Under the pieces are notes generated by a model. That model searched no databases. It had not been told where the DNA came from and was given only the letters and a program-made list of their open reading frames with translations. This document shows positions 1 through 9,056 of a DNA stretch of 33,480 nucleotides, in pieces; the stretch's first letter is position 1, and each line of letters starts with the position of its first letter. The DNA lies in the NCBI GenBank assembly GCA_002170315.2, contig NHFA02000036.1:13042-46521 (forward strand), read 5' to 3'. The position numbers were made by a program, and so were the translations under genes. The stretch comes from Euryarchaeota archaeon TMED99 (GTDB lineage: Archaea; Thermoplasmatota; Poseidoniia; Poseidoniales; Poseidoniaceae).

Positions 1-123
1 CCTGATGTTTTCGAAAAACACGTTTCTCAACGTCAAGCCATCCTACGAGATTTGGCTCAGCGTGATATTCATGACATCCAAACAGTCACACAAGTGATTC
101 AAAACTTCTACGCTTCTCGTTGA
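1..123 (+). CDS. 3' fragment, probably C-terminus of an archaeal type II/IV secretion (FlaI/TadA-like) ATPase
   Basis: Frame 1 reads PDVFEKHVSQRQAILRDLAQRDIHDIQTVTQVIQNFYASR*. This resembles the 'RxxvLxxlxxxgIxdyxxVxxiIqxyY' tail of archaeal secretion ATPases. Only 40 aa are visible. Confidence 0.5.
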   Translation, partial: PDVFEKHVSQRQAILRDLAQRDIHDIQTVTQVIQNFYASR

Positions 124-128
124 AGTGC

Positions 129-1913
129 TTATCCTCGCAGTCGTGCGAGTAAGTCATCGATAGCATCGATTTTTCCACGGGCAGAATCAAGTCGCTCTGA
201 TGCATCGATTACCGATTCAGCAATGACGCTCTCTTCATCGTGTTCTTCTTCCTCTTGTTGCGGTTTGAATGCTTGAGCGAGTGCCTTGAGTTCTGCTACA
301 ATTGCATCAACTTGCGTATCAGAAATCATAATTCCTGGAGCAATACGAGGGATTTCTGCTGGAGAAATGAAGCCGAGTTCCGCTCCGATTATTCCAGCAC
401 AAGCAAGAACCCGTGGGCGTAAGTCAACCGTATTGACTTCGTATCCTCTTGATTCAAGGAATCGAATGACTAAGGCTTGTTGTGCATCTGAGAAACTCCC
501 TTCACTCGATTCAAGAACAGTTTCAACCAGTTCTTCAAAAGCAGCAATGTTTCGTTCAAGACGATCAACGGTCATTCGCTCCATATCTGTGAGGTGAACT
601 GCACCGTGTTGAAGGACTCGGAGAATTCTGTTTCGGCGAGCGATAGAGGGGTCTTGCAATGCTTCTGCTTGGTGAATCTCCACATGCAGGTCGAAAAGCG
701 CATGTAATCTTCCCGATACACTTGGTATTCGCAGGTTGATTCCCATATCATGTCCGATTTGCTCGAAACTCATACGTGCTCGAACTAAATCTCCATCGGA
801 ATTGGCAAGCGTGTTGTTCAATTGGTCACGCAGCACATCTCGGACATTCTCGAAGTTGCGTAATGCTTCTCTCTCACTCCATGAGTTTGGCAGAGAAGCA
901 ACAGCTTCCTTTTCAGCCTGAGAGCGGAATTCAAGTTCCATCAGAGTGTTTCGGATACTATCGCTAACAGCAGGTGTTTCGACAGCGAATCCGTGGCTTG
1001 CAAGGCTTGCAATAAAGGATTCAAGGTCTTCAGAATCACTGGTGCTGCTTACGGCAAGGAAGTCTCTGCCAGCAGCCTCAATCTCTGCTGCCCGTGCTGT
1101 AAGTTCAAGTAAAACTGCCTCGACTTCAAGGGTGTGTTCAACAACTTCAGTGACATGTGCACTTTGAACCATTGCAGGTGATTCATCAGTTGCTGATTGG
1201 TTTTGTCCTGCTCGCAGTGCTTCATCAATAGATGCTGCCAATGGTGCGCGTGAGATTGGAATCCCTTCTTGAGCCAGTTCAGTTCGCATTTCAGTTTCTT
1301 CTTCAAATGTCCATCCTTCGGGATGTTCGGAAACAAATGTCTCAACCGTTTCGAGAACGACCTCTTCTTCTTGTGTTTGAGTGGATTCTGGAGTTTCGTT
1401 GTGAGAATCTTCAGTCGGTGTGGGAATTGAAACGACAGTATCGCCGCTGCGTGGTCTTCGAAGACTCTTCTTGACCTTCCCCCATCCGCCTTGCTGATAG
1501 GCCAACACTCCAGCAACCCGGACCAATAATGCCTGCTTATTTCCCGAGAGTGGCAATTCCAAAATCTTGCACATTTCATGCAACTGGTCACGGGTCATCG
1601 AATCAAGGGATTCAGGAACAAATTGCTTCGGATCGTGGTTGAGGTGAAGGTAGAGTCGCTGTCGACGAGCACGAACAGAGCCTGATTTTTTAATGCCAAA
1701 AATACCGAGAATCTCACCCAGTTCAGCGTTCATGAGTTTTTTGATGCCGTCAGGAGAGAGGTCCCACTGGTCGAGAATAAGGTGCTGAATAAGTCGCCCT
1801 CTGACCACTTCAACAGAACCATTTTTCGGAAGATTATAGGTGACGGCCAACTCTTTGAGTCCATCAAAACGTGCTTGATAGAGTTCGTTCAAGAGTTCGC
1901 TTTTTGCGGTCAC
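129..1913 (-). CDS. Hypothetical protein with three N-terminal SAP-like motifs and a long acidic helical C-terminus (~594 aa)
   Basis: Long ORF; likely start GTG at 1913 (VTAKSELL). Repeats LKELAVTYNLPKNGSVEVVRGRL, LGEILGIFGIKKSGSVRARRQRL and LHEMCKILELPLSGNKQALLVRV match the SAP consensus LkxxLxxxGLxxsGxKxxLxxRL. Confidence 0.7.
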   Translation of the reverse strand: MTAKSELLNELYQARFDGLKELAVTYNLPKNGSVEVVRGRLIQHLILDQWDLSPDGIKKLMNAELGEILGIFGIKKSGSVRARRQRLYLHLNHDPKQFVPESLDSMTRDQLHEMCKILELPLSGNKQALLVRVAGVLAYQQGGWGKVKKSLRRPRSGDTVVSIPTPTEDSHNETPESTQTQEEEVVLETVETFVSEHPEGWTFEEETEMRTELAQEGIPISRAPLAASIDEALRAGQNQSATDESPAMVQSAHVTEVVEHTLEVEAVLLELTARAAEIEAAGRDFLAVSSTSDSEDLESFIASLASHGFAVETPAVSDSIRNTLMELEFRSQAEKEAVASLPNSWSEREALRNFENVRDVLRDQLNNTLANSDGDLVRARMSFEQIGHDMGINLRIPSVSGRLHALFDLHVEIHQAEALQDPSIARRNRILRVLQHGAVHLTDMERMTVDRLERNIAAFEELVETVLESSEGSFSDAQQALVIRFLESRGYEVNTVDLRPRVLACAGIIGAELGFISPAEIPRIAPGIMISDTQVDAIVAELKALAQAFKPQQEEEEHDEESVIAESVIDASERLDSARGKIDAIDDLLARLRG

Positions 1914-2074
1914 TTTCCCACCTACCCTTGGCAATCGGTTCAAAGGGGTATATGTGTCTTCGCCGTGATGGGAGAGTAAAAAGGGCAGTTCTTCGACTCT
2001 TTTTCCGCCCCCATATGCTGTATTGAGGGTGTTTTGAGCAATGCTTTGAAGTGGGTGAAGGAGAGGACAGAACA

Positions 2075-2653
2075 ATGGCGAGGACGGTGAAGGCGACGAA
2101 GGCTGCCATTAAGGAAGCCAATACGCTTGTAGAGTCGTTACGTGAACTGGTTTGGACGGACTTAAAGTCTCAATATTCCGCGTTTGAAGAAATGCTTCGT
2201 GAAAGGATTCATGGAGCAGAAGAATCTATTGTTGAGGCATCGAAAGGTAAGGCGGCAATCGTTGCAGGTATTAGCGTCATGCGAAAAGACCTGGATAAAG
2301 CACAGCGACGTTTCTCGCGCTCCAATGATGTTGAAGAATTAAGGGCGTTTTTGGTCGAATTAGCCGAAACAATTCATCGCTTACGAGTTGCGAATAATGA
2401 TATTGTTGAATCGCTTCATATCGTCATCAATCCACACCTTTCTGCTATTGAAATAGTGGAAAAGTTTGCCTCCGACCTTCAGCGTTCTGCTGGAACTTGG
2501 GAGAGAAACGGTCGTCAAATCGATGAATCAATCCATGAATTATGCGATGATAATGAACCGGCTGAACTCACTGATTTGGAACATTATATTACAAAACAGG
2601 GATATGGTTCGTTGCTCGAGAAGCCGAGTCATTCTTCTTCCGAAGAAGATTGA
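2075..2653 (+). CDS. Hypothetical alpha-helical/coiled-coil protein
   Basis: ATG at 2075 after purine-rich GGAGAGG. Helical charged composition; no motif recognised. Confidence 0.7.
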   Translation: MARTVKATKAAIKEANTLVESLRELVWTDLKSQYSAFEEMLRERIHGAEESIVEASKGKAAIVAGISVMRKDLDKAQRRFSRSNDVEELRAFLVELAETIHRLRVANNDIVESLHIVINPHLSAIEIVEKFASDLQRSAGTWERNGRQIDESIHELCDDNEPAELTDLEHYITKQGYGSLLEKPSHSSSEED

Positions 2654-3816
2654 ACTGTGTGCAGGTCCAAAAGTGCGGGTTTTGCCATATTGTATTCATC
2701 AGGAAGACCTGGTAAGGTGCGAATCATTTCTTCATGCTCCGCTTCCATCGTTGCGAGTAAGATTTCAAATTCTTTGAGAACATTGACCATACCCATGTGG
2801 CTTTCTTCAATGGTGCAAATACGTTCAACGCTCGCAGAAACTGTTCCCAGATAATTCAATGTTTCAAGTTTCATTTCAAGACGTGGGCTGGTCGATGTTC
2901 CTTTTTTAGGAACGGAACGCTCCCACTTTTCAGCACCGGTTAATTTCTCCCCTTTCCTCTTGCCTTGAACGTCGTTTGAGTCAAGCAGTGAATCATTTGT
3001 GAAATCACCATCAAGAGAACGCTGTGCTTCTTTCAGAATCGTCTTGAACTTACGTTGCTCAACGTGAATCCCGATGATAGGGTGTAATTTTTCGGGCAGT
3101 GAGTCCAGTAATGCTCCTTCGATACGGTGCGAGAGATAAGCGCCTGAGTCGGTCATCGGGGGAACTTTGGAAGGAGGAAAATCTGTACGGGATACAAGTA
3201 ATGTAAATCCATACAACGGAGGAGGTACAAAATGGGTGCGTTCAGGATTTTCTCTTTGCAGCCCAAGAGTGTGTCGGCGAGCTTTGAACTTGAGTGCAGA
3301 ATGTTCTCCACGAGAGACAACGAAACCTTCCAACAATTCGTCTTGACGACATTCTTCGATCCAGTGGACTCTCTCTTCTTCATCCAAATTGAGATATGCC
3401 TCGAGTTTTCCAATTTGCTTTGCAAATTGCTCACTGGTCAGTAAAGTAAGATCACTACGAAGCCTTCGCATTTGTCTACGAAGTAATTCATGGTCGCAAA
3501 CGATGAGTGCTTTTTCGTGTAAATATTCCGGCTTATCATCAGAAACGAGAACCCATGTTGGCTCTCTTCTTGGTAAGACTGAAACGATGGATAATCCTTC
3601 CACATTTTGTTCTCTCCAATCTAAAGCGCTCATTGCCATCAAGTCGCCAGTGCCGCTTTTGAGTGCTTCAATCGCCGACTCGATATGTGGGAGTTGGCTT
3701 AATTTGAAATCGAAATCTTTGCGATTTGTTTCGATGCTACGCTCTATTTGAAGACGTACACCATCGTTACGGGATGCCGTTGTGAGGACTTCTAATCGAA
3801 TCCTTTCAGACAACAC
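2629..3816 (-). CDS. Divergent porphobilinogen deaminase (HemC)-fold protein, probably catalytically inactive
   Basis: GAGGTGA SD precedes GTG/TTG (3816/3813). EALKSGTGDLMAMSALD, EGLSIVSVLPRREPTWVLVS and LRRQMRRLRSDL align with HemC EALLxGxIDLAVHSxKD, GLxIxAVxxREDPRDALVS and RRAQLxxxRPDL. The RGNVxTR and GGC motifs are absent. Confidence 0.65.
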   Translation of the reverse strand: MLSERIRLEVLTTASRNDGVRLQIERSIETNRKDFDFKLSQLPHIESAIEALKSGTGDLMAMSALDWREQNVEGLSIVSVLPRREPTWVLVSDDKPEYLHEKALIVCDHELLRRQMRRLRSDLTLLTSEQFAKQIGKLEAYLNLDEEERVHWIEECRQDELLEGFVVSRGEHSALKFKARRHTLGLQRENPERTHFVPPPLYGFTLLVSRTDFPPSKVPPMTDSGAYLSHRIEGALLDSLPEKLHPIIGIHVEQRKFKTILKEAQRSLDGDFTNDSLLDSNDVQGKRKGEKLTGAEKWERSVPKKGTSTSPRLEMKLETLNYLGTVSASVERICTIEESHMGMVNVLKEFEILLATMEAEHEEMIRTLPGLPDEYNMAKPALLDLHTVQSSSEEE

Positions 3817-3894
3817 ATCACCTCGGCGAGGATGACTCCTCACATTACAAGGCCGGAGACTACGGGTTAAGAAGGACACCCCTGTGGGAGAAGT

Positions 3895-4878
3895 ATGGCG
3901 GGCATTGAGTTTGGGGCGAGTGACCGCCTAGAATCAATGAGGCTGTTAGTCGATGCTGAACTTGAGGCCTTAATCGAAAATGAAATTGAGAGTGGCTCCG
4001 GTCAAGTGGCTGAATTGTGCGGCTCTGTTCTTCTTGCAGGAGGTAAACGCCTTCGCCCGTTACTGATTCTTCTTGCTCATGAAATTGCAGGTGGAACGGA
4101 CATCGAAGAGATCATGCCACTCGCTTTAGCCTCTGAAATGATTCACACTGCTACACTTGTTCACGATGATATCAATGACGAAGCATCACACCGCAGAGGT
4201 GTTGAAACGATTCATTCACGAGTTGGTTTACCCAAAGCAGTTATTGCTGGAGATTGGCTTTTTACCAAAGGCTTCGGACTTGGTGGATGCTATGAGGAAA
4301 ACATCGTCCGTATCTTGGCTCAGTATTGTGCAGACCTTGCAGTTTCTGAATTTGAACAACTCGACCATGTATTGGACCTCACCACTTCTCCAGAGGATTA
4401 TCTTCGTATTGTGAGGGGCAAAACAGCCGGTCCTTTTGGTGCAGGTTGCTATGCTGCAGGTTTAGTTGCAGGACTTTCCGATGAACGTGCATATTCTCTC
4501 AAACAATTTGGAATGGAACTTGGAATTGCTTTCCAACTGGTCGATGACTTACTCGATTTACGTGGTGATGAGCGTATGGGTAAACCTCGTGGAGCAGACG
4601 TAATCGAAGGTAAAATGACTCTACCTCTCATTCACGCCCTTACCCTATCTCACGGTAAACAACGGGTAAGGCTTGCAGAACTGATTGAAGACTTTTCAGA
4701 TGAAGACTTCGATGAATTGATGGATTTGTTAAATCGTTCAGACAGTATGAAGTATACCGAAATTCTTGTTAAAACTCATCTTGAACGTGCAGTGACGAAT
4801 CTCAATGCATTTGTTGATAGTGATGCAAAGAAGCACATGGTGAGTATTACAGATTACGTGATGAATCGTCACATGTGA
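3895..4878 (+). CDS. Trans-polyprenyl diphosphate synthase (probably long-chain type)
   Basis: GGKRLRP, first aspartate-rich motif HDDINDxxxxRRG, GKT, second motif FQLVDDLLD, and GKxxGxDxxEGKxTLP. Confidence 0.95.
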   Translation: MAGIEFGASDRLESMRLLVDAELEALIENEIESGSGQVAELCGSVLLAGGKRLRPLLILLAHEIAGGTDIEEIMPLALASEMIHTATLVHDDINDEASHRRGVETIHSRVGLPKAVIAGDWLFTKGFGLGGCYEENIVRILAQYCADLAVSEFEQLDHVLDLTTSPEDYLRIVRGKTAGPFGAGCYAAGLVAGLSDERAYSLKQFGMELGIAFQLVDDLLDLRGDERMGKPRGADVIEGKMTLPLIHALTLSHGKQRVRLAELIEDFSDEDFDELMDLLNRSDSMKYTEILVKTHLERAVTNLNAFVDSDAKKHMVSITDYVMNRHM

Positions 4879-4888
4879 GGTGTTTATT

Positions 4889-5986
4889 TTGGAATCATAC
4901 GATCATCAGTTGATAGTTATTGGAGGCGGGCCAGCAGGTAGTACTGTAGCGCGTTTTGCTGCAGAAGGTGGCGTTGAAGTTCTGGTTATCGATGGACGCG
5001 ACCCCATAGGCTCTCCATTGCAGTGCGGAGAACTTGTTCCATCAAATGATGAAATGCGTCGTTTGTGCCCCGACGTCCCAGAGATGGATGAGTTGTTCAA
5101 AACTCCAGATCATGCCATTTCTCGACATTCAACTCAAATGCATTTACTCCCGCCATCAGGCCGACCACTCAAATTTGATTTTGACGGTTATGTTCTTAAT
5201 CGAGTTGCGCATGACGAATTTTTAGTCGATTTGGCGAAAGAGGCTGGTGCCGACTACATGACCAACAGCCGGGTTGAAGGCGTTGATGGGCATACGGTGA
5301 CTTTGAGAGATGGAAGCACACTTACCGCACAAATTATTGTTGATGCAGGTGGCCATAATGGCCCGATTCGAAGACAGTATTGGAATGAGAAGTCAACCAA
5401 AATACCGGTGAAATTTGCACTCATGGATGGCGATTTTGGTGATGCAGTTGAACTTCACTTCGGGTCAATGGCCCCAGGAGGATATGCTTGGATGTTCCCG
5501 AAAGGTCAAGGAGCCAACATCGGACTTGGAATTCAAAAAAGTTTCAGTAAAGGAAAATCCCTCAACCAATTCACGGATGAATTTCTTTCGAAATATGATG
5601 GCGATATTACCTTCCATGGTGCCGGTTCATTGCCAATGTCTGGCACGTTGAAGAGTTTCGTGAAAGGGCACTACATGCTCGTTGGTGACTCAGCTGGTAT
5701 GGTTTTGCCATCAAACGGTGCAGGTATTACAATTGCAATGATCGGTGGTCGAATTGCCGGACAAGTTATCGCTGAGAATCTCAAAAACGGAACGCCTCTG
5801 GAAGAATACGAAAAGCGATGGAAAAAGCAGATGGGCAAGGTAATGCGAAATTCAAAACGCTCGTTCAAGATTGGAAGTATGATGTTCCGATTACCAGATT
5901 GGATTCTCAATATGATGTTCAATCCATTGACCAAAGGGATCATTTGGCGAGCAGTCACCTGCCGTCGAATGTTTTGGCTCATTTAG
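4889..5986 (+). CDS. Geranylgeranyl reductase family FAD oxidoreductase (DGGGPL reductase-like)
   Basis: GGGPAG FAD motif, CGE, PGGYAWMFPKG (PxxYxWxFP signature), VGDSAG and GAGI. Start probably TTG at 4889 after GAGGTG. Confidence 0.93.
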   Translation: MESYDHQLIVIGGGPAGSTVARFAAEGGVEVLVIDGRDPIGSPLQCGELVPSNDEMRRLCPDVPEMDELFKTPDHAISRHSTQMHLLPPSGRPLKFDFDGYVLNRVAHDEFLVDLAKEAGADYMTNSRVEGVDGHTVTLRDGSTLTAQIIVDAGGHNGPIRRQYWNEKSTKIPVKFALMDGDFGDAVELHFGSMAPGGYAWMFPKGQGANIGLGIQKSFSKGKSLNQFTDEFLSKYDGDITFHGAGSLPMSGTLKSFVKGHYMLVGDSAGMVLPSNGAGITIAMIGGRIAGQVIAENLKNGTPLEEYEKRWKKQMGKVMRNSKRSFKIGSMMFRLPDWILNMMFNPLTKGIIWRAVTCRRMFWLI

Positions 5987-6069
5987 AAACCGAACCACTC
6001 TGCTGAAGTCATTCGTTTATGGCGAAAGTTTGCGGTTGATTCAAGACCTATCGACGCCACAGGTGTTCC

Positions 6070-6567
6070 ATGCGCAACCTGCGGCGGTCGTCCAACAACG
6101 AGGCTGTGAGTCCGGTTATTGCGACTGTTCTCCTGCTTGCCATCACGGTTATGCTTTCGAGCATGGTGTTTGTCTTGATGCAAGGAGCACTTACGACTGC
6201 TGAGAAACCTGCGGCACAAGCGACTGTTAGCGTTCGCGGTTTATCCAATGGTTTCCACGTCATTCGGATGACTTCACTGGACCAAACTATTGACCCAGCT
6301 AAGATTCAATACGATCTCTCGCCTGAGAACCTCGATGATGGCGATCCCATTCGAGGTAAAGTGAGTGATAATGGAACGTATGGCGTGATTGGCGCGAACG
6401 TTTCGTTCCATGACCGTGATGCTGGTTATTCGGTGAGCCAAGGTGATTATTTTGTTATTGACTCGACAACCGTAGGTTCTGATTCGGGTACATGGAGATT
6501 CAAACTCGTAGATTTGTCGACCAATTCGGTGATGGTCAACGTAGTTTTACCACCGATTGAGACGTAA
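6070..6567 (+). CDS. Archaeal type IV pilin-like protein (Pilin_N/DUF1628 type)
   Basis: Short basic leader followed by the class III signal EA/VSPVIATVLLLAITV. Confidence 0.88.
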   Translation: MRNLRRSSNNEAVSPVIATVLLLAITVMLSSMVFVLMQGALTTAEKPAAQATVSVRGLSNGFHVIRMTSLDQTIDPAKIQYDLSPENLDDGDPIRGKVSDNGTYGVIGANVSFHDRDAGYSVSQGDYFVIDSTTVGSDSGTWRFKLVDLSTNSVMVNVVLPPIET

Positions 6568-7572
6568 TTAGCCGCCGATAAACGACATTTCGACGGGTTG
6601 TCTTGTTTCTTTGAGTTGAGTTCTCAGTTCAGAATATCTGTCGTCTCTGTATGTCCAAATGTCTCGAATTATTTGACCAATTTCTTGTTCATTAGCACCA
6701 AAGCGTAGAATGCCTCTTAGGTCATAACCTTGCTCTGAAAAGAGGCATGTATACATCGAACCGTGTGCGGAAAGACGTGCACGTGAGCAATTTCCACAGA
6801 ACGGTTTTGTTACCGATTCAATGAAACCTACCGTAGAGCCATTGACAAATCGCCATAGGCGGGCAACATCGGATGGGTGCTCAGACGCTCTTGGTTCGAG
6901 AGGTCCCAAGTGATTACGCAGGATGTCTCTCATCTCTTTTCCACTGATTACCGCATCAAGATTCCAATTATTGGTCGTTCCTACATCCATGAACTCAATG
7001 AATCGGACAGGAATGTCTCGTTCCATACATGCTTTGGCTAAAGGAACGATTTGAGACTCATTGACGCCTTTCTTGACCACGCAATTCACTTTGACAGTCA
7101 GGCCAATCTGTTGCGCTAAATCGATGCCTTCGAATATTTGAGAGGGCGTATTCTTGCTGTCTGTAATCGTTTGAAAGAGTTCCTCTTCAACAGCGTCAAG
7201 ACTTACGGTAACTCGGCTCAAACCACTTTTGAGTAACATCTCAGCATGACGTTGCAAAAGCACTCCGTTGGTGGTCATGGCGATGTCAAGGTCCGGGTCG
7301 AGCTCCCGCAAGAGTCGGAGAAGAACATGGACGTCTCTTCGAAGCAGTGGTTCACCACCGGTAATTCTGACTTTAGCGAGACCTAACGGCAGTAACGAGG
7401 CAACCACTTTCGCCATTTCTTCGTAACTCAAGATTTCTTCCTTGCCCAAAAAAGTGTGCCCAGGCCCAAATTTGTCTCTCGGCATACAATATGTGCATCG
7501 GAAATTACATCGGTCAGTAATTGAGATTCGCAGGTCCCTCAAGGGGCGGCCTTGTGAATCCTGCAGCGACAT
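6568..7572 (-). CDS. moaA: GTP 3',8-cyclase (molybdenum cofactor biosynthesis protein A)
   Basis: LRISITDRCNFRCTYCMP radical-SAM motif, RITGGEP, C-terminal CGNC-x13-C, ends in IGG. Start MSLQDSQGR at 7572. Confidence 0.97.
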   Translation of the reverse strand: MSLQDSQGRPLRDLRISITDRCNFRCTYCMPRDKFGPGHTFLGKEEILSYEEMAKVVASLLPLGLAKVRITGGEPLLRRDVHVLLRLLRELDPDLDIAMTTNGVLLQRHAEMLLKSGLSRVTVSLDAVEEELFQTITDSKNTPSQIFEGIDLAQQIGLTVKVNCVVKKGVNESQIVPLAKACMERDIPVRFIEFMDVGTTNNWNLDAVISGKEMRDILRNHLGPLEPRASEHPSDVARLWRFVNGSTVGFIESVTKPFCGNCSRARLSAHGSMYTCLFSEQGYDLRGILRFGANEQEIGQIIRDIWTYRDDRYSELRTQLKETRQPVEMSFIGG

Positions 7573-7642
7573 CAGCAACGCTATGCGCATTCGGCTTTTT
7601 ATTCTTGCAAGGGTTGATGCGTGTTTGGAGGTTGCGTTGAAC

Positions 7643-9055
7643 ATGGCGAGGGGTTGGGTGAAGCCCGAAAGCACATCTGGTGGCGAAGTCAAGATTCTTC
7701 GAATCACCTCAAGAACCTCACAATCCCCAATCAAATGGAGGTTACCTCCCTCGAAAAGTCACTTAATTCGAGCCCTTGCCTTATTCTCTCAATCCCATCA
7801 ACAAGTTACACTTGACAACGTTGGATACTCTGGCGAAGATGTTTGGGCAATGCGCAGTTCCCTTGCTCAAATGGGTGTCAAATTCCAAGATTATGATTCA
7901 CAAGGAAATGAACTTCAACACAACGATCCGATGCGTTTGCAGCCACACCCTGATTCAGTTCGTTGGGTCTTGAATGGTGTGGGGCCTGATGGCTTCAAGC
8001 AGCCGAGCAATGTTCTTCATGCCATGAATTCAGGCACAGCACTGCGATTTTTAGCCGGCCTCGTTGCCCGTATGGAGGGTCCAGTGACGTTGGATGGCGA
8101 CCAGTCTTTGCGCCAAAGAGAGTCAGATGCCATGTGGGATTCTCTTCGTCAGGCAGGGGTAGATGTTTCAATTGCTGCTGGTAAACAACACCTACCAGTT
8201 GTTGTTCAAGGTCCGTGGAAGAAAGAACAACTCACTCAAGGAATCGACCTTGACATCAGTCGTTCAAGTCAACCACTTTCATCGTGGTTACTTGCTTCAG
8301 CAGCTCTTCCTTGTGAAGTTCAACTCAATCTTATTGGCAAAGGTGTATCGAACCGTCATTCCAAATTAACAGCAAAAATGGTCGAGGCTTCAGGGAGTAA
8401 AAACCAACTTCAACCAGCGCAGTGCTCTCTTTTTCCATGGATTCCAAAGTCCGAGGAAATCTACACAGTTCCCGGTGACGCATCTATGGCATCGTTTGCT
8501 ATGCTGGCAACGCATTGCCTTGATGCTGAAATCCACCTCAGAGGATGGCCTCAAGAAAGTCAGGCTATCGGGCATGAAATCCTTTCAAAATCCGCTATAG
8601 AATGTGGTGTTAAGTGGGATAAAGATGTTTTGAAAAGTATTGAATCTTCTCAACCCGTTGTATTGAATGTTATCGATTCCAATGACATACTTCCTCCACT
8701 TGCAGCCTTGCTCTGCTTTGGACCAGGTGGACGAATTATCGGTGCACCTCACGCCGCACACAAAGAAAGTAACAGGCTATCACGAACCGTAGAACTCCTC
8801 CAATTCTTTGGATTACAAGCCTCATTACTGGATGATGGAATCGAAGTGAAAGGGAACCAAACGCCAACTGCACCGACTCAGCCAGTGTCTACTTTTGGCG
8901 ATCATCGTTTATTCATGACCGCATTACTTCTTGCAGCGAAAACCGGAGGAGAAGTGGTTGGCCAGACCCTTCATCAAGTTGCTGACGAGACTTTCTTGGA
9001 GCGTTTACAGCAAGCAGGTATTGGGATTGAAACTGCAACAGTATCCAATTCATAA
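7643..9055 (+). CDS. aroA: 3-phosphoshikimate 1-carboxyvinyltransferase (EPSP synthase)
   Basis: PPSKSHLIR, NSGTALRF, GDQSLRQR, SSQ, PGDASMA, HKESNRL and GDHR. ATG at 7643 after GGAGGT. Confidence 0.9.
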   Translation: MARGWVKPESTSGGEVKILRITSRTSQSPIKWRLPPSKSHLIRALALFSQSHQQVTLDNVGYSGEDVWAMRSSLAQMGVKFQDYDSQGNELQHNDPMRLQPHPDSVRWVLNGVGPDGFKQPSNVLHAMNSGTALRFLAGLVARMEGPVTLDGDQSLRQRESDAMWDSLRQAGVDVSIAAGKQHLPVVVQGPWKKEQLTQGIDLDISRSSQPLSSWLLASAALPCEVQLNLIGKGVSNRHSKLTAKMVEASGSKNQLQPAQCSLFPWIPKSEEIYTVPGDASMASFAMLATHCLDAEIHLRGWPQESQAIGHEILSKSAIECGVKWDKDVLKSIESSQPVVLNVIDSNDILPPLAALLCFGPGGRIIGAPHAAHKESNRLSRTVELLQFFGLQASLLDDGIEVKGNQTPTAPTQPVSTFGDHRLFMTALLLAAKTGGEVVGQTLHQVADETFLERLQQAGIGIETATVSNS

Positions 9056-9056
9056 A

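Noticed and set aside
7442-7734. Apparent 290-nt head-to-head overlap of moaA and aroA
   Set aside because: Artefact of longest-ORF starts; homology and SD positions support starts at 7572 and 7643.
7643-9055. AroA as another pseudoenzyme (RPM to RES, altered C-terminal motif)
   Set aside because: Core residues (SKS, R27 equivalent, SSQ, catalytic Asp, KESNR, DHR) are retained; divergence alone is insufficient.
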